Below are positions 1-9,576 of a stretch of DNA of 45,499 bases, piece by piece. The notes under the pieces are model-generated. The model saw only the letters and a list, made by a program, of their open reading frames with translations, was not told the DNA's origin and ran no database searches. The position numbers and the translations under genes are program-made. The DNA lies in assembly GCA_031459715.1 (NCBI GenBank), contig JAVKIA010000019.1:1-45499 (forward strand), given 5' to 3'. Each line of letters opens with the position of its first letter. The stretch's first letter is position 1. Origin of the DNA: Candidatus Humicultor tengchongensis. Its GTDB lineage: Bacteria > Sysuimicrobiota > Sysuimicrobiia > Sysuimicrobiales > Humicultoraceae.

Positions 1-441
1 CCCCGCCTCGTCGCCGACCCCCGGGGGAAGGGCCAGCATGTCGGCGGCGGTGATCTCCGCAGGGACCAGCGCATACTCGCACAGGCCGCCGGGCGTAAGG
101 CGCGTGCGCTGCCAGGCGGGACAGTGCACGTACTGGCCCCGGCGGCAGGCGCGACAGCGCAGGCAGGGCGCGTGGTGGTGAACGAAAACCCGTGCACCCG
201 GCTCCAGGGCCACCCCCTCGCCAGCAGCCACCACCTCGCCCACCGGCTCGTGCCCCAGCACCAGCGGAGCCTTGCGCCTCATATACCAGGCCAGCGTTTC
301 GCTGCTGCACAGCCCGCAGGCACGGATGCGCACCAGTGCCTCCCCCGGGCCTGGGGCGCGCAGGGGGACGGTCTCCAGCCGGAGGTCGTCCGGGCCGTGG
401 AAGACGGCGGCGCGGGTCGCGGCGGGTAGCGTCAGCACCAC
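1..441 (-). CDS. Zinc-dependent alcohol dehydrogenase (MDR family), N-terminal part; the gene runs off the window start
   Basis: My own minus-strand translation is an open frame from about 441 to position 1. It reads (V)VLTLPAATRAAVFHGPDDLRLETVPLRAPGPGEALVRIRACGLCSSETLAWYMRRKAPLVLGHEPVGEVVAAGEG...HAPCLRCRACRRGQYVHC. The GHE zinc-ADH signature and structural-zinc Cys cluster are present. A GTG start overlaps the end of the downstream paralog. It is absent from the ORF track because it is incomplete. Confidence 0.6.
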   Translation of the reverse strand, partial: MVLTLPAATRAAVFHGPDDLRLETVPLRAPGPGEALVRIRACGLCSSETLAWYMRRKAPLVLGHEPVGEVVAAGEGVALEPGARVFVHHHAPCLRCRACRRGQYVHCPAWQRTRLTPGGLCEYALVPAEITAADMLALPPGVGDEAG

Positions 442-1463
442 TCCGCCGCCTCGGGCATGATGGCCACCTTCACCGGACCACCGCGGTCCAGCTCCTGGAA
501 AACGCCGACGATCTCGTCCAGGGGGCGCACGGCGCTGATGATGGGCCGGACGTCGATGCGCCTCCCGGCGAGCCAGTGGTAGGCCTCGGTGACGTCGGCA
601 GGCGTGTAGTGAAACGCGCTCACCAGGTCCACCTCGCCGTAGTGCAACAGCGCGGCGTCGAAGGTGACCCGGCTGCCGCCGGCCAGCCCGCCGAAGAGCA
701 GGACCTTCCCGCCGGGGCGCACCCATTCCGGCGCCTGCTCCCAGATGTGGTCGGTCCCGGTGGACTCCACCACCACGTCAGGGCGCGCCCCCAGAGCGTC
801 CTCCACCTGCAGGGGAATCTCCCCCTGCTCGATCTCCACCGGTGCCCCGCCAAGCTCCGCCGCCAGCCGCAGCCGCTCCGGGCGCCGTCCCACCGCGGCG
901 ATGCGGTGCCCCAGGACCCGGCCGGTCAGCACCTGCAGCAGGCCGATGGCCCCCAGGCCCACCACCGCCACGGTGGATGGGACGGACAGCCCCAGCCGCC
1001 GCCACCCGTGGAGGACGCAGGCCAGAGGCTCCAGGAAGGCCGCCTCGATGTAAGAGAGGTCCGCCGGCTTGGGCAACAGGTGGCGCGCCACCACCGCAGG
1101 GGAAATCAGCAGGTAGTCGGCGTAGGCGCCCAGGACGATGTCCCGGAACAGGCGCTCACAGTGGTTCTCCGCCCCGGCACGGCAGGCGCGGCAGGTGCCG
1201 CAGGGCGCCGTGGGCACCAGCATGACCGCATCGCCGGGGGCGACCCCATCCACACCGGAGCCCACGGCCACCACATCGCCGGCGCACTCGTGCCCGAAGG
1301 GGCCCGCCGGCAGGCGGGGATGCCCGCGACGGTACGTCTTCAGGTCGGTGCCGCAGGTGAGCGCCGCGCGCACGCGCAGCAATACCTCGCCCGGACCAGG
1401 ACGCGGCACCGGCCGCTCCTCAATGGTGATCACGCGCGGGGATTTCAGGACCGCCTGGCGCAA
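432..1463 (-). CDS. Zinc-binding alcohol/threonine/sorbitol-dehydrogenase-like oxidoreductase (MDR family)
   Basis: 343 aa. Motifs seen: LKSPRVITIEERPVP...CGTD...GHECAGDVVAVG, Cys-rich structural zinc loop (CGTCRACRAGAENHC) and Rossmann GLGAIG. A TTG start sits 6 nt after the upstream stop. Confidence 0.8.
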   Translation of the reverse strand: MRQAVLKSPRVITIEERPVPRPGPGEVLLRVRAALTCGTDLKTYRRGHPRLPAGPFGHECAGDVVAVGSGVDGVAPGDAVMLVPTAPCGTCRACRAGAENHCERLFRDIVLGAYADYLLISPAVVARHLLPKPADLSYIEAAFLEPLACVLHGWRRLGLSVPSTVAVVGLGAIGLLQVLTGRVLGHRIAAVGRRPERLRLAAELGGAPVEIEQGEIPLQVEDALGARPDVVVESTGTDHIWEQAPEWVRPGGKVLLFGGLAGGSRVTFDAALLHYGEVDLVSAFHYTPADVTEAYHWLAGRRIDVRPIISAVRPLDEIVGVFQELDRGGPVKVAIMPEAAEWC

Positions 1464-1469
1464 ACGGGG

Positions 1470-2645
1470 TTACCCGTCCCCCGTCTCCACGGGAAGCTGC
1501 TGGTTCATCCACTCAATGATACCGCCGCGGAGGTTCAACGCCTCCCTGTACCCGGCGCCGCGCAGCAGCCGGACCACCTCCGCGCTGCGCGAGCCGACGG
1601 CGCAGTGGACCAGGACCGGACGCTGCGGGTCGATCTCCGTCAGCCGCTGCGACACCTCCCCCTTGGGGATGAGCACGGCGCCGGGAATGCGGGCCAGCAC
1701 CCACTCCCACGGTTCGCGCACATCGATCAACTGCGCTCCCTCCTGCAGCAGGCGGTAGGCTTCCTCGGGTTCGACCTCGGGGACCACCTCGCCGTCGCCG
1801 GCTGGGGCAGCGTGCCGCCCGGGCAGGCCGCAGAAGGCCTCGTAGTCGATCAGCGCGGTGATGGTGGGGTGGTCGCCGCAGACCGGGCAGTGGGGATTGC
1901 GGGCCCAGCGGACGACGCGAAACTCATTCTCCAGCGCGTCGAACAGGAGGAGGCGGTTGACCAGCGTCCGCCCGCAGCCCAGAAGCACCTTCACTGCCTC
2001 GGTGGCCTGCAGCGTGCCCATGAAGCCGGCCAGCGCTCCCAGGATGCCGCCCTCGGCGCAGGAGGGGACGACCCCCGGCGGCGGCGGCGTGGGGAAGAGG
2101 CACCGGTAGCACCCATACCCCGGCAGATACGTCGTGGCCTGCCCCTCCCACCTCAGGATGCTGGCATCGACCAGGGGCTTCTTGAGGAAGACGCAGGCAT
2201 CGTTGACCAGGTAGCGGGTGGGGAAGTTGTCGCTGCCGTTAATGACCAGGTCGAAGTCCCGGATGATCTCCAGCGCGTTCTCCGAGCTAAGCGTGGTCTG
2301 GAACGGGACGACCCGCACATCGGGGTTGAGGGCCTGCAGCGTGCGCGCGGCCGACTGAGTCTTGGGCCGGCCCAGGTCCCCCGTAACGTGCAGGATCTGG
2401 CGGTGCAGGTTGTTGAGCTCAACGCGGTCCCCATCCACGATGCCGATGGTGCCCACGCCGGCCGCCGCCAGGTAGAGTGCGGCCGGGCTGCCCAGGCCGC
2501 CGGCGCCCACCACCAGGACGCGGCTCTCCATCAGGCGCCGCTGCCCGGCCAGGCCCACCTCCTGCAGGATGATCTGGCGAGAGTAGCGGTCCATCTGCTC
2601 TCGAGAGAGCAGTGGGGCCTGTCGATTCTGCACCTGCGTGCTCAT
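1470..2645 (-). CDS. moeZ: MoeB/ThiF-type E1-like adenylyltransferase fused to a C-terminal rhodanese domain (MoeZ/MoeBR-like sulfur-carrier activating enzyme)
   Basis: 391 aa. Carries RYSRQIILQEVGLAGQRRL...VLVVGAGGLGSPAALYLAAAGVGTIGIVDGDRVELNNLHRQ, CxxC pairs, and a C-terminal rhodanese region with an active Cys (HCAVGSRS). Confidence 0.85.
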   Translation of the reverse strand: MSTQVQNRQAPLLSREQMDRYSRQIILQEVGLAGQRRLMESRVLVVGAGGLGSPAALYLAAAGVGTIGIVDGDRVELNNLHRQILHVTGDLGRPKTQSAARTLQALNPDVRVVPFQTTLSSENALEIIRDFDLVINGSDNFPTRYLVNDACVFLKKPLVDASILRWEGQATTYLPGYGCYRCLFPTPPPPGVVPSCAEGGILGALAGFMGTLQATEAVKVLLGCGRTLVNRLLLFDALENEFRVVRWARNPHCPVCGDHPTITALIDYEAFCGLPGRHAAPAGDGEVVPEVEPEEAYRLLQEGAQLIDVREPWEWVLARIPGAVLIPKGEVSQRLTEIDPQRPVLVHCAVGSRSAEVVRLLRGAGYREALNLRGGIIEWMNQQLPVETGDG

Positions 2646-2685
2646 CTTTCGCAGAGACTACAATGACAGACGCCGGAAAGCGGTG

Positions 2686-3540
2686 TCAAGGAACGCCGGT
2701 CTCCCGCTGCACCAGTTCGCGGTAAGCCTGTCGCAGCCTGGCGGTCACCTCTCCGGGAGCGCGGCGCCATTCCTGGTCGATCTGCCCCACCGGGAGGACC
2801 TGGATTCCGGTGCTGGTTATGAAGGCCTCCGCGGCCGCCGGGAGGTCGCTCAGGCGCAGCGCTACCTCGCGACAGGGGATCTCCAGGGCGCGGCAGAGGT
2901 CCAGCACGGCGGCGCGGGTCACCCCCTGCAGAATCCAGGTGTCTGCGGGGTGGGTCCGCACCACCCCGTCGATCACCGCAAAGAAATTGGCCGCGGTGCA
3001 CTCGGTGATGGTTCCCTCCGGCCTGTACAGCAGCGCCTCCTCCGCTCCCGCCCGCGCCGCCTGCTCCCGCGCCAGCACGTTGGCCAGCAGCGCGGTGGTC
3101 TTGATGTCACAGCGCGCCCAGCGCAGGTCCGGGTGGGTGATGAGGCGTGCGCCCCGGGTGGCGAGTCCCTCATCCGGTGGCGGGGCCTCCCGCAGGGTCA
3201 TGATCAGCGTGGGCCGCGCCCCCCGGGGGAAGGCGTGCTGCCTCGCAGCGGTCCCCCGGGTGACCTGGATGTAGAGGACGCCCTGGGTCAGGCCGGAGGT
3301 GGCCAGCAGCCGCTGCGCCTCTTCGGCGATCTCGGCCAGGGGCAGCGGGGGGGCCAGGTCGATGGCCTGCAGGCTGCGGGCCAGCCGCTCCAGGTGGGGT
3401 CCGAGGCGGAAGTACCTGCCGCGCTCGAAGTGGACGACCTCGTAGACGCTGTCCCCGAACTGCAGCCCGCGGTCCTCCACCGAGACGCGGGCCTCCTCGA
3501 TGCTGCTGATGGCACCGTTGACGTAGGCGAGCCCTGACAC
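2686..3540 (-). CDS. dat: Class IV PLP aminotransferase, best match D-amino-acid (D-alanine) aminotransferase
   Basis: 284 aa. Block-for-block similar to Bacillus DAAT: EDRGLQFGDSVYEVV, IQVTRGTAARQHAFP and RWARCDIKTTALLANVLAREQA with the catalytic Lys, plus EGT(I)TEC. GTG start with an AAGGAG SD 8 nt upstream. Confidence 0.8.
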   Translation of the reverse strand: MSGLAYVNGAISSIEEARVSVEDRGLQFGDSVYEVVHFERGRYFRLGPHLERLARSLQAIDLAPPLPLAEIAEEAQRLLATSGLTQGVLYIQVTRGTAARQHAFPRGARPTLIMTLREAPPPDEGLATRGARLITHPDLRWARCDIKTTALLANVLAREQAARAGAEEALLYRPEGTITECTAANFFAVIDGVVRTHPADTWILQGVTRAAVLDLCRALEIPCREVALRLSDLPAAAEAFITSTGIQVLPVGQIDQEWRRAPGEVTARLRQAYRELVQRETGVP

Positions 3541-3637
3541 GGTTCACGCTCCTTTCGCCACCAGATGCAGCCCGGTGGAGATTCCCGCGCACCGCCACGA
3601 CGCCCGGACGGTGCACGCGTGCCGTCCGGGCGAACCC

Positions 3638-4360
3638 TCAGCCACCCAGGTAGGCCCGGCGCACCCGCTCGTCGGCCACCAGCTGCGCCGGCGGCCCCTC
3701 CAGGGCAATGGTACCGGTCTCCAGCACGTAGGCGTAGTGCGCCACCCGCAGGGCCATGTGGGCGTTCTGCTCCACCAGCAGGATGGTGGTGCCTCCGGCG
3801 CTGATCTGGGCCAGGACGTCGAAGATGTTACGCACCAGCACCGGGGCCAGCCCCATGGACGGCTCGTCCAGGAGCATGAGCCGGGCGCGGCGCATCAGCG
3901 CCCGACCCAGGGCCAGCATCTGCTGCTCCCCACCCGAGAGCGTGGCCGCCAGCTGGTGGCGCCGCTCGGCCAGCCTGGGCAGGATGGTGAAGACCCGCTC
4001 CAGGTCGGCGGCCACTCCCGCCGCATCCCGTCGCCCCCAGGTGGCCAGGCGCAGGTTCTCCAGGACGGTGAGGTTGGCGAAGATCCCCCGGCCTTCGGGG
4101 ACGTGGGCGATGCCCCGCTCGACGATCTGGTGGGCCGGCACCCCCTTCAGGTCCGATCCGGCGTAAACGATGCGCCCCCGTTCCACGGGCACCAGCCCGG
4201 AGATAGCCCGCAGGGTGCTGGACTTGCCCGCACCGTTGGCGCCGATGAGGGTGACCACCTGCCCCTCCTCCACACGCAGGGAGATACCCTGGACGGCGCG
4301 GATGTTCCCGTAGGAGACCCACAGGTCCTCCACCCAAAGCAGCGGGAACGCGCCGCCCAT
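3638..4360 (-). CDS. livF: Branched-chain/HAAT ABC transporter ATP-binding protein LivF
   Basis: It is the C-terminal 240 aa of the 934-aa track ORF: [18 protein letters not shown]...GANGAGKSSTL...LSGGEQQMLALGRAL...LLDEPSMGLAP. The ATG sits at 4360..4358 and overlaps the livMG stop (ATGA). Confidence 0.9.
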   Translation of the reverse strand: MGGAFPLLWVEDLWVSYGNIRAVQGISLRVEEGQVVTLIGANGAGKSSTLRAISGLVPVERGRIVYAGSDLKGVPAHQIVERGIAHVPEGRGIFANLTVLENLRLATWGRRDAAGVAADLERVFTILPRLAERRHQLAATLSGGEQQMLALGRALMRRARLMLLDEPSMGLAPVLVRNIFDVLAQISAGGTTILLVEQNAHMALRVAHYAYVLETGTIALEGPPAQLVADERVRRAYLGG

Positions 4361-6228
4361 CAGGCCACCGCCTCGCCCAGGTATGCCTCGATCACCCTGG
4401 GGTGGCGCTGGATCTCCGCCGGGGAGCCCTCGGCGATGGTGGCCCCGAAGTCCAGCACCGTTATGCGCTCGCAGATCCCCATGACCACGCGCATCTGGTG
4501 CTCGATCAGGACCACGGTCAGCCCGAACCGTTCCCGCACCCAGCGGATGTGGTGCAGCAGCGAGTCGATCTCGCTGGGGTTCATCCCTGCTGCCGGCTCG
4601 TCCAGCAGGAGCAGGACGGGCTCGCAGGCCAGGGCCCGGGCGACCTCCAGGCGCCGCTGTTCTCCATAGGGCAGGCCGCTGGCCGGGATGTCCGCGTAGC
4701 GGCCCAGGTGGAACACCTCCAGCAGTTCCAGCGCCCGGCGGCGGACCTCCTCCTCCGCACGCTGCACACCCCCGCTGCCCAGCGCGGCTGCCCACAGCGG
4801 ATAGCTCACCCGGGCATAGCGGGCGATGCGTACGTTGTCCAGCACGGAGAGATCCTTGAACAGCCGGATAGTCTGGAATGTCCGGGCAATCCCTCTGCGG
4901 ATGATCTCGTGAGCCGGCCGGCCCACCAGCTCGCGTCCCCGGAAGACGATACTGCCGGAGGTGGGTCGGTAGACTCCGGTGATCAGGTTGAACACCGTGG
5001 TCTTGCCAGCACCGTTGGGTCCGATGATGCCCACAATCTCTCCCGGAAAGACCTCCAGGTTGAAGTCCCAGACCGCGCGCAACCCGTCGAAGTAGTGGGT
5101 CAGTCCGCGCACGGCCAGCAGGGGCTGGCCGCCGGCGGCGGGGACCGGGACCGGAAGCCCGGCAGCCGCGGGCCGTTGCGGCTCGGCCGCTGCAGGGCTC
5201 ATCCCCGCAGGGACCACCGTCGCTTCTGGAGCCCGCGCGCCTGCCCCCCGCCCCGGGTCTGCGGCTGCCTGAGCCAGCGCCGCCTGGATCCCTTCCGGAC
5301 GCTCCTCGGGCGGTACGAGAACCTTCACTTCCCGCAGGCCCATCATGCCCCGCGGGCGGAAGATCATCAGCAGCACCAGCAGCAGCGGCCCGATCACCCA
5401 CCGCCAGACCTGCAGCGGCCGCAGCAGCTCCAGGACCACGGTGAAGGTCGCCGCCCCCAGCACAGACCCGGTGAGGCTGCCGATGCCCCCCAGGTACACC
5501 ATGACCAGCACGTCTGTGGACTTGAGGATACCGAAGGAGCGGGGGTTGATGAACTGGAGGACGTGGGCGAACAGCCCGCCGGCCACTCCGGCGAAGAACG
5601 AGGAGAGCATGAAGGTCATGACCTTGACCTGGCGGGTGTTCACGCTGACCAGCGCTGCGGCGGTCTCGTCCTCCCGGATAGCCTGCGTCCCCCGGCCGAA
5701 GTTGGAGTAGATGTAGTTGCGCAGGACGAACAGGGTGAGCACCACCCAGACGTACACCCAGGCGACGCTGGTCAGCCGGGGCATGCCCATCAGGCCCCGC
5801 GGCCCGCCCACGGCCTCGATGTTCTCCAGCACGCTCTTCACGATCATGTTGAAGGCCAGGGTGACGATGGCCAGGTAGTCGCCACGCGTCTTGAACGAGG
5901 GGACGGCCACCACCAGGCCGGCCAGGGAGGCGGCCAGGCCGCCCACCACCACGGCCAGGGGGAAGACCAGCGTCCCCCACTCCCGGGGGAAGACCCACAG
6001 GGTCATCAGGGAGGCCCCGTAGGCGCCCACGGCCATGAAGGCGGCGTGCCCCACCGAGAACTCCCCCATGTACCCGTTGACCAGGTTGAGGCTGGCGGTG
6101 AGGATGATGTTGATCCCCACGTACATCAGGACCTGTTGCTGGTAGAGGTTGAGCAGCCCCCACCGCGGCAGGAGCACCGCCAGGGGCAGAAAGGACAGGG
6201 CGATAAGGAATCCGCGCCAGCGCCGCAC
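4360..6228 (-). CDS. livMG: Fused LivM permease - LivG ATP-binding protein (HAAT family ABC transporter)
   Basis: 622 aa. The N-terminal ~300 aa is a LivM-type permease with multiple TM helices. An ~60-aa Ala/Pro-rich linker follows. The C-terminal ~255 aa is an ABC ATPase ([16 protein letters not shown]...[15 protein letters not shown]...[11 protein letters not shown]). There is no stop between the domains. GTG start. Confidence 0.85.
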   Translation of the reverse strand: MRRWRGFLIALSFLPLAVLLPRWGLLNLYQQQVLMYVGINIILTASLNLVNGYMGEFSVGHAAFMAVGAYGASLMTLWVFPREWGTLVFPLAVVVGGLAASLAGLVVAVPSFKTRGDYLAIVTLAFNMIVKSVLENIEAVGGPRGLMGMPRLTSVAWVYVWVVLTLFVLRNYIYSNFGRGTQAIREDETAAALVSVNTRQVKVMTFMLSSFFAGVAGGLFAHVLQFINPRSFGILKSTDVLVMVYLGGIGSLTGSVLGAATFTVVLELLRPLQVWRWVIGPLLLVLLMIFRPRGMMGLREVKVLVPPEERPEGIQAALAQAAADPGRGAGARAPEATVVPAGMSPAAAEPQRPAAAGLPVPVPAAGGQPLLAVRGLTHYFDGLRAVWDFNLEVFPGEIVGIIGPNGAGKTTVFNLITGVYRPTSGSIVFRGRELVGRPAHEIIRRGIARTFQTIRLFKDLSVLDNVRIARYARVSYPLWAAALGSGGVQRAEEEVRRRALELLEVFHLGRYADIPASGLPYGEQRRLEVARALACEPVLLLLDEPAAGMNPSEIDSLLHHIRWVRERFGLTVVLIEHQMRVVMGICERITVLDFGATIAEGSPAEIQRHPRVIEAYLGEAVA

Positions 6229-6234
6229 CGACGG

Positions 6235-7137
6235 TCACACCTTCATGGCCACCGGACGGCCCAGGATGCCCGTCGGCCGGAAGATCAGGAAGACCAGCAG
6301 CAGGGAGAAGGCGACGAAGTCCCGGTAGGTCGACGGCAGGAGGATGGGGGTGAAGATCTCCACAGCCCCCAGGATGTAGCCGCCGATCATCGCCCCGCGG
6401 ATGTTCCCGATGCCCCCCACCACCGCGGAGATGAAGGCCCACCAGCCGATACGGATGCCCATGTAGGGATCGATGGTGTAGGCCATTCCGTAGAGGACTC
6501 CGCCCACGGCGGCAATGGACGCCCCCAGGGCGAAGGTCAGGGTGATGATCCGGTCCACCGGGACGCCCATCAGCGGTGCGGTGAACTTGTCCCAGGAGAC
6601 CGCGCGCATGGCCATCCCCGTCATGGTCCGGCGCACGATGGCATCCAGCAGCAGCATCACCAGCGCCGAGAGGACGATGGTCTGGGCCTGGACGGTAGAG
6701 ATGACCACGCCGCCCAGGACGATACGCCCCACCGGCACCAGAGGTGGGAGGAACCGGGGCTCGGGCCCGATGGTGGCCAGGGTGAAGTTCTCCAGGAACA
6801 GCCCCACGCCCAGAGCGGTGATCACCGCAGAGACCCGCGGCGCCTGGCGCAGCGGCTTGTAGGCCACGCGCTCGATCACCGCCGCCAGCGTGGCCGTCCC
6901 CAGCACCGCCGCCAGCAGTGTGGCCAGGAACACCGGGACCGCCCCCAGGTGCAGTGTCGAGCCCAGCAGGGCCACCCCCACGAAGAACGCGATATAGGTG
7001 CTGACCATGAAGATGTCCCCGTGGGCGAAGTTGATCATGGTGAGGATGCCGTAGACCATGGTGTAGCCCAGGGCGATGAGCGCGTAGACGCTGCCCACCT
7101 GCAGAGCGTTGAGAAGGTACTGAACGGCCAGGCCCAC
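6235..7137 (-). CDS. livH: HAAT family ABC transporter permease LivH
   Basis: 300 aa. LNALQVGSVYALIALGYTMVYGILTMINFAHGD is the canonical LivH N-terminus. ~8 TM helices. Confidence 0.9.
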   Translation of the reverse strand: MGLAVQYLLNALQVGSVYALIALGYTMVYGILTMINFAHGDIFMVSTYIAFFVGVALLGSTLHLGAVPVFLATLLAAVLGTATLAAVIERVAYKPLRQAPRVSAVITALGVGLFLENFTLATIGPEPRFLPPLVPVGRIVLGGVVISTVQAQTIVLSALVMLLLDAIVRRTMTGMAMRAVSWDKFTAPLMGVPVDRIITLTFALGASIAAVGGVLYGMAYTIDPYMGIRIGWWAFISAVVGGIGNIRGAMIGGYILGAVEIFTPILLPSTYRDFVAFSLLLVFLIFRPTGILGRPVAMKV

Positions 7138-7219
7138 GGCCCCCGCCTATCTTCCCCCCCGCACGGCCGGGGGCTCCCCCGGCCGGCTGCGCCGGACGGG
7201 AGAGCCCCCGCGTCTTCCC

Positions 7220-8395
7220 TTAAGGCTGCGCGGTGGAGTGATAGCGGAACTTACCCTCCCTGATCTGGATGATCACTGCGCTCTTCACCGGATCCCCGGT
7301 CCCCTTGAACTGCATCACGCCGGTCACCCCCTCGTACTGGGTGATGCCGGCCAGCGCGTCCCGCACCGCCTGGCGGTCCAGCCGCCCCGCGGCCCGGATG
7401 GCCTGGAAGGCCAGGCCGAAGGAGTCGTAGGTCAGCGCCGCCACGTCGTCGGGGGTCTTGCCGTACTTGCTCTCGTAGGCCTTGATGAAGGCCTGAGCCT
7501 TGGGCGTGGCGATGTCGGTGGCGTAGTGGGTGGTGAAGTACAGGCCCTCGCAGTCCTTGCCGCACAGGGTAATCAGCTCCAGGTTGCCCCAGGAGTCGCT
7601 GCCGAAGATGACGCCGGCAAAACCCAGGCGGCGCGCCTGCTGCACCTGCAGGGGTACCTCGCTGTAGTAGTTGGGCAGGAAGAGGGAGTCAGCGCCCGCC
7701 GCGCGGATCTTGGTGAGCTGAGAGGAGAAGTCCTTGTCGCCGGTGGTGTAGGTCTCGAAGGCGACCACGGAGACGCCGGCAGCCTCGATGGTCTTCTTGT
7801 ACACCTCGGCAATGCCTTTGTTGTACTCGGAGGCCACGTCGTAGAGCACCGCGGGCTTGGTGGTCTTCAGTTCCTGCAGGGCGAACTTGGCCGCCACCAC
7901 TCCCTGGAAGTCGTCTATGAAGGCGGCGCGGAAGACGAACTTCTTGGGCTGGCCGGTGGCGGCGTCGATGGTGGTCTTCACCGCGGTGGACCAGGGGCTG
8001 ATCATGGGCAGTTTGGCCGACTCGGCCACCTCCGCAGCCGGGATGGCGTTGCGGCTGGCGTTGGGCCCGATCATGAGCAGCACGCCGGCGGTATTCAGCT
8101 TGTGGGCTGCCGCGGCGGCGGACTCGGCCTTGTCCTCGTTGTCCTCCACCAGCAGCTCCACCCGGTACTTCCGGCCGCCCACGTCCAGTCCGCCGGCGGT
8201 GTTCACCTCCGCCACGGCCAGCTCGGCGCCGTTCTTGCAGGAGGCGCCCACCACCGGGATGCCTCCGGTGAGCTCGGCGTTCAGGCCGATGCGGATCACC
8301 GCGGGCGCCGGTGCCCGTGTGCGGGCAACCAGCACCACGACGACGGCTGCCACGACCACGATGACAGCCGCGACCAGCAGAGACCGCGTCCTCAT
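7220..8395 (-). CDS. livJ: Branched-chain amino acid ABC transporter substrate-binding protein (LivJ/LivK-type, Peripla_BP_6)
   Basis: The track ORF starts with GTG at 8404. An internal ATG (MRTRSLLVAAV...) with an AGGGGGTGA SD 5 nt upstream is more likely. It has a signal/anchor helix followed by a type-I periplasmic binding fold. Confidence 0.85.
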   Translation of the reverse strand: MRTRSLLVAAVIVVVAAVVVVLVARTRAPAPAVIRIGLNAELTGGIPVVGASCKNGAELAVAEVNTAGGLDVGGRKYRVELLVEDNEDKAESAAAAAHKLNTAGVLLMIGPNASRNAIPAAEVAESAKLPMISPWSTAVKTTIDAATGQPKKFVFRAAFIDDFQGVVAAKFALQELKTTKPAVLYDVASEYNKGIAEVYKKTIEAAGVSVVAFETYTTGDKDFSSQLTKIRAAGADSLFLPNYYSEVPLQVQQARRLGFAGVIFGSDSWGNLELITLCGKDCEGLYFTTHYATDIATPKAQAFIKAYESKYGKTPDDVAALTYDSFGLAFQAIRAAGRLDRQAVRDALAGITQYEGVTGVMQFKGTGDPVKSAVIIQIREGKFRYHSTAQP

Positions 8396-8611
8396 GAAGA
8401 TCACCCCCTGCTATCGTCTGCCGTGCTCGATCCACAGGTGGGAGGGAGTGCCTGGCGCTGCCGTGGGAGGGCCTGCCCCGCGCTGCGCCGGCACGGCTAC
8501 TGAACTCAATGCTCGCATGGCGCCCCTCGTCCCGTCAAAGGGAAGGAAAGGGAGTCTCCGGATTCGGGGCGGCCTCCCGGTGCCGGGGCAGGGTCCGGCC
8601 TGGCGCCGCCG

Positions 8612-9574
8612 TCAGCCCGGGATGCCTCCCCGCGATCCGCTCCGGTAGGCCAGCACCGCCCGGGCCTGCTCGTCGGCGTGGTAACTCGAGCGCACCAGCG
8701 GGCCGGACTCGACGTACTTGAAGCCGCGGCGCAGCCCTTCGTCACGGAGGCTGCGGAACTCCTCCGGCGTGTAGTAGCGGTCGATGGGATGGTACCCGGG
8801 CCCTGGCCGCAGGTACTGCCCCAGCGTCAGGATGTCAACGTCGACGGCCCGCAGGTCTTCCATGGTCTGCAGCAGTTCCTCCCAGGTCTCCCCCATCCCC
8901 AGGATGATCCCGCTCTTGGTGAAGCAGGTGTACCCCCACTCCTTCACCCGACGCAGCAGCTCCAGGGAGCGGTCGTAGCTGCCGCCGTGGCGCACCACCT
9001 TGAACACCCGGCGGACGCTCTCGATGTTGTGGCCGAGAATCTCCGGGTCGGCCTCCAGCACGGTGCGCAGCGCGGCGGCGTCTCCCTTGAAGTCGGGGAC
9101 CAGCACCTCCACGGTGCAGCCGGGGAAGATTTCCCGGATACTGCGGATGGTCCGGGCGTAGATGCCGGCGCCGCCGTCTCTCAGGTCGTCGCGGTTCACC
9201 GAGGTGATCACGGCGTGACGCAGCCCCATGGCCGCCACGGCGCGGGCGACCCGCTCCGGCTCCTGCACGTCCAGCTCGGTGGGCAGCCCGTGGGCGATGG
9301 CGCAGTAGGCGCAGTTGCGGGTGCACAGGTTGCCCAGGATGAGGAAGGTGGCGGTGCGGCGCCCCCAGCACTCGCCGATGTTGGGGCAGCGCGCCTCCTC
9401 GCAGACGGTGTGCAGGGTCTGCGTGCGCATGATGCCCACCAGGTCCTGGTAGGCGCCACCCCCAGGCAGCCGGACTTTGAGCCATGCAGGCCGGCGCGCC
9501 CCATCAAGCGGAGGGACGGAAGGCGAGACCTGGGGTGGCGGGAGGGAACGAGTTTCACCGGGAGCGAGGGCCAT
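8612..9574 (-). CDS. lipA: Lipoyl synthase
   Basis: 320 aa. [13 protein letters not shown] and CTRNCAYC radical-SAM/auxiliary cluster motifs. Sits 2 nt downstream of bkdB. Confidence 0.9.
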   Translation of the reverse strand: MALAPGETRSLPPPQVSPSVPPLDGARRPAWLKVRLPGGGAYQDLVGIMRTQTLHTVCEEARCPNIGECWGRRTATFLILGNLCTRNCAYCAIAHGLPTELDVQEPERVARAVAAMGLRHAVITSVNRDDLRDGGAGIYARTIRSIREIFPGCTVEVLVPDFKGDAAALRTVLEADPEILGHNIESVRRVFKVVRHGGSYDRSLELLRRVKEWGYTCFTKSGIILGMGETWEELLQTMEDLRAVDVDILTLGQYLRPGPGYHPIDRYYTPEEFRSLRDEGLRRGFKYVESGPLVRSSYHADEQARAVLAYRSGSRGGIPG

Positions 9575-9576
9575 GG

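Noticed and set aside
192-2666. 824-aa plus-strand ORF
   Set aside because: It has an Arg/Pro/Gly-rich low-complexity translation with no domain. It runs antisense to three well-supported minus-strand genes (ADH, moeZ). It is a typical high-GC antisense artefact.
2686-3540. Calling the class-IV aminotransferase IlvE on the basis of BCAA context
   Set aside because: Block-level similarity is much closer to D-amino-acid aminotransferase than to IlvE, so it is annotated as Dat.
3638-6442. 934-aa minus-strand ORF
   Set aside because: Only its last 240 aa (LivF) are real. The rest is an out-of-frame read through livMG, which is encoded in another frame of the same strand.
4402-7263. 953-aa plus-strand ORF, and similar long plus-strand ORFs at 14591..16396, 21397..22407 and 24034..26853
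   Set aside because: All are antisense to strongly supported minus-strand genes (liv, the Moco enzyme, ilvD, leuC/leuA). Their composition is dominated by R/G/P/A/H. There are no motifs.
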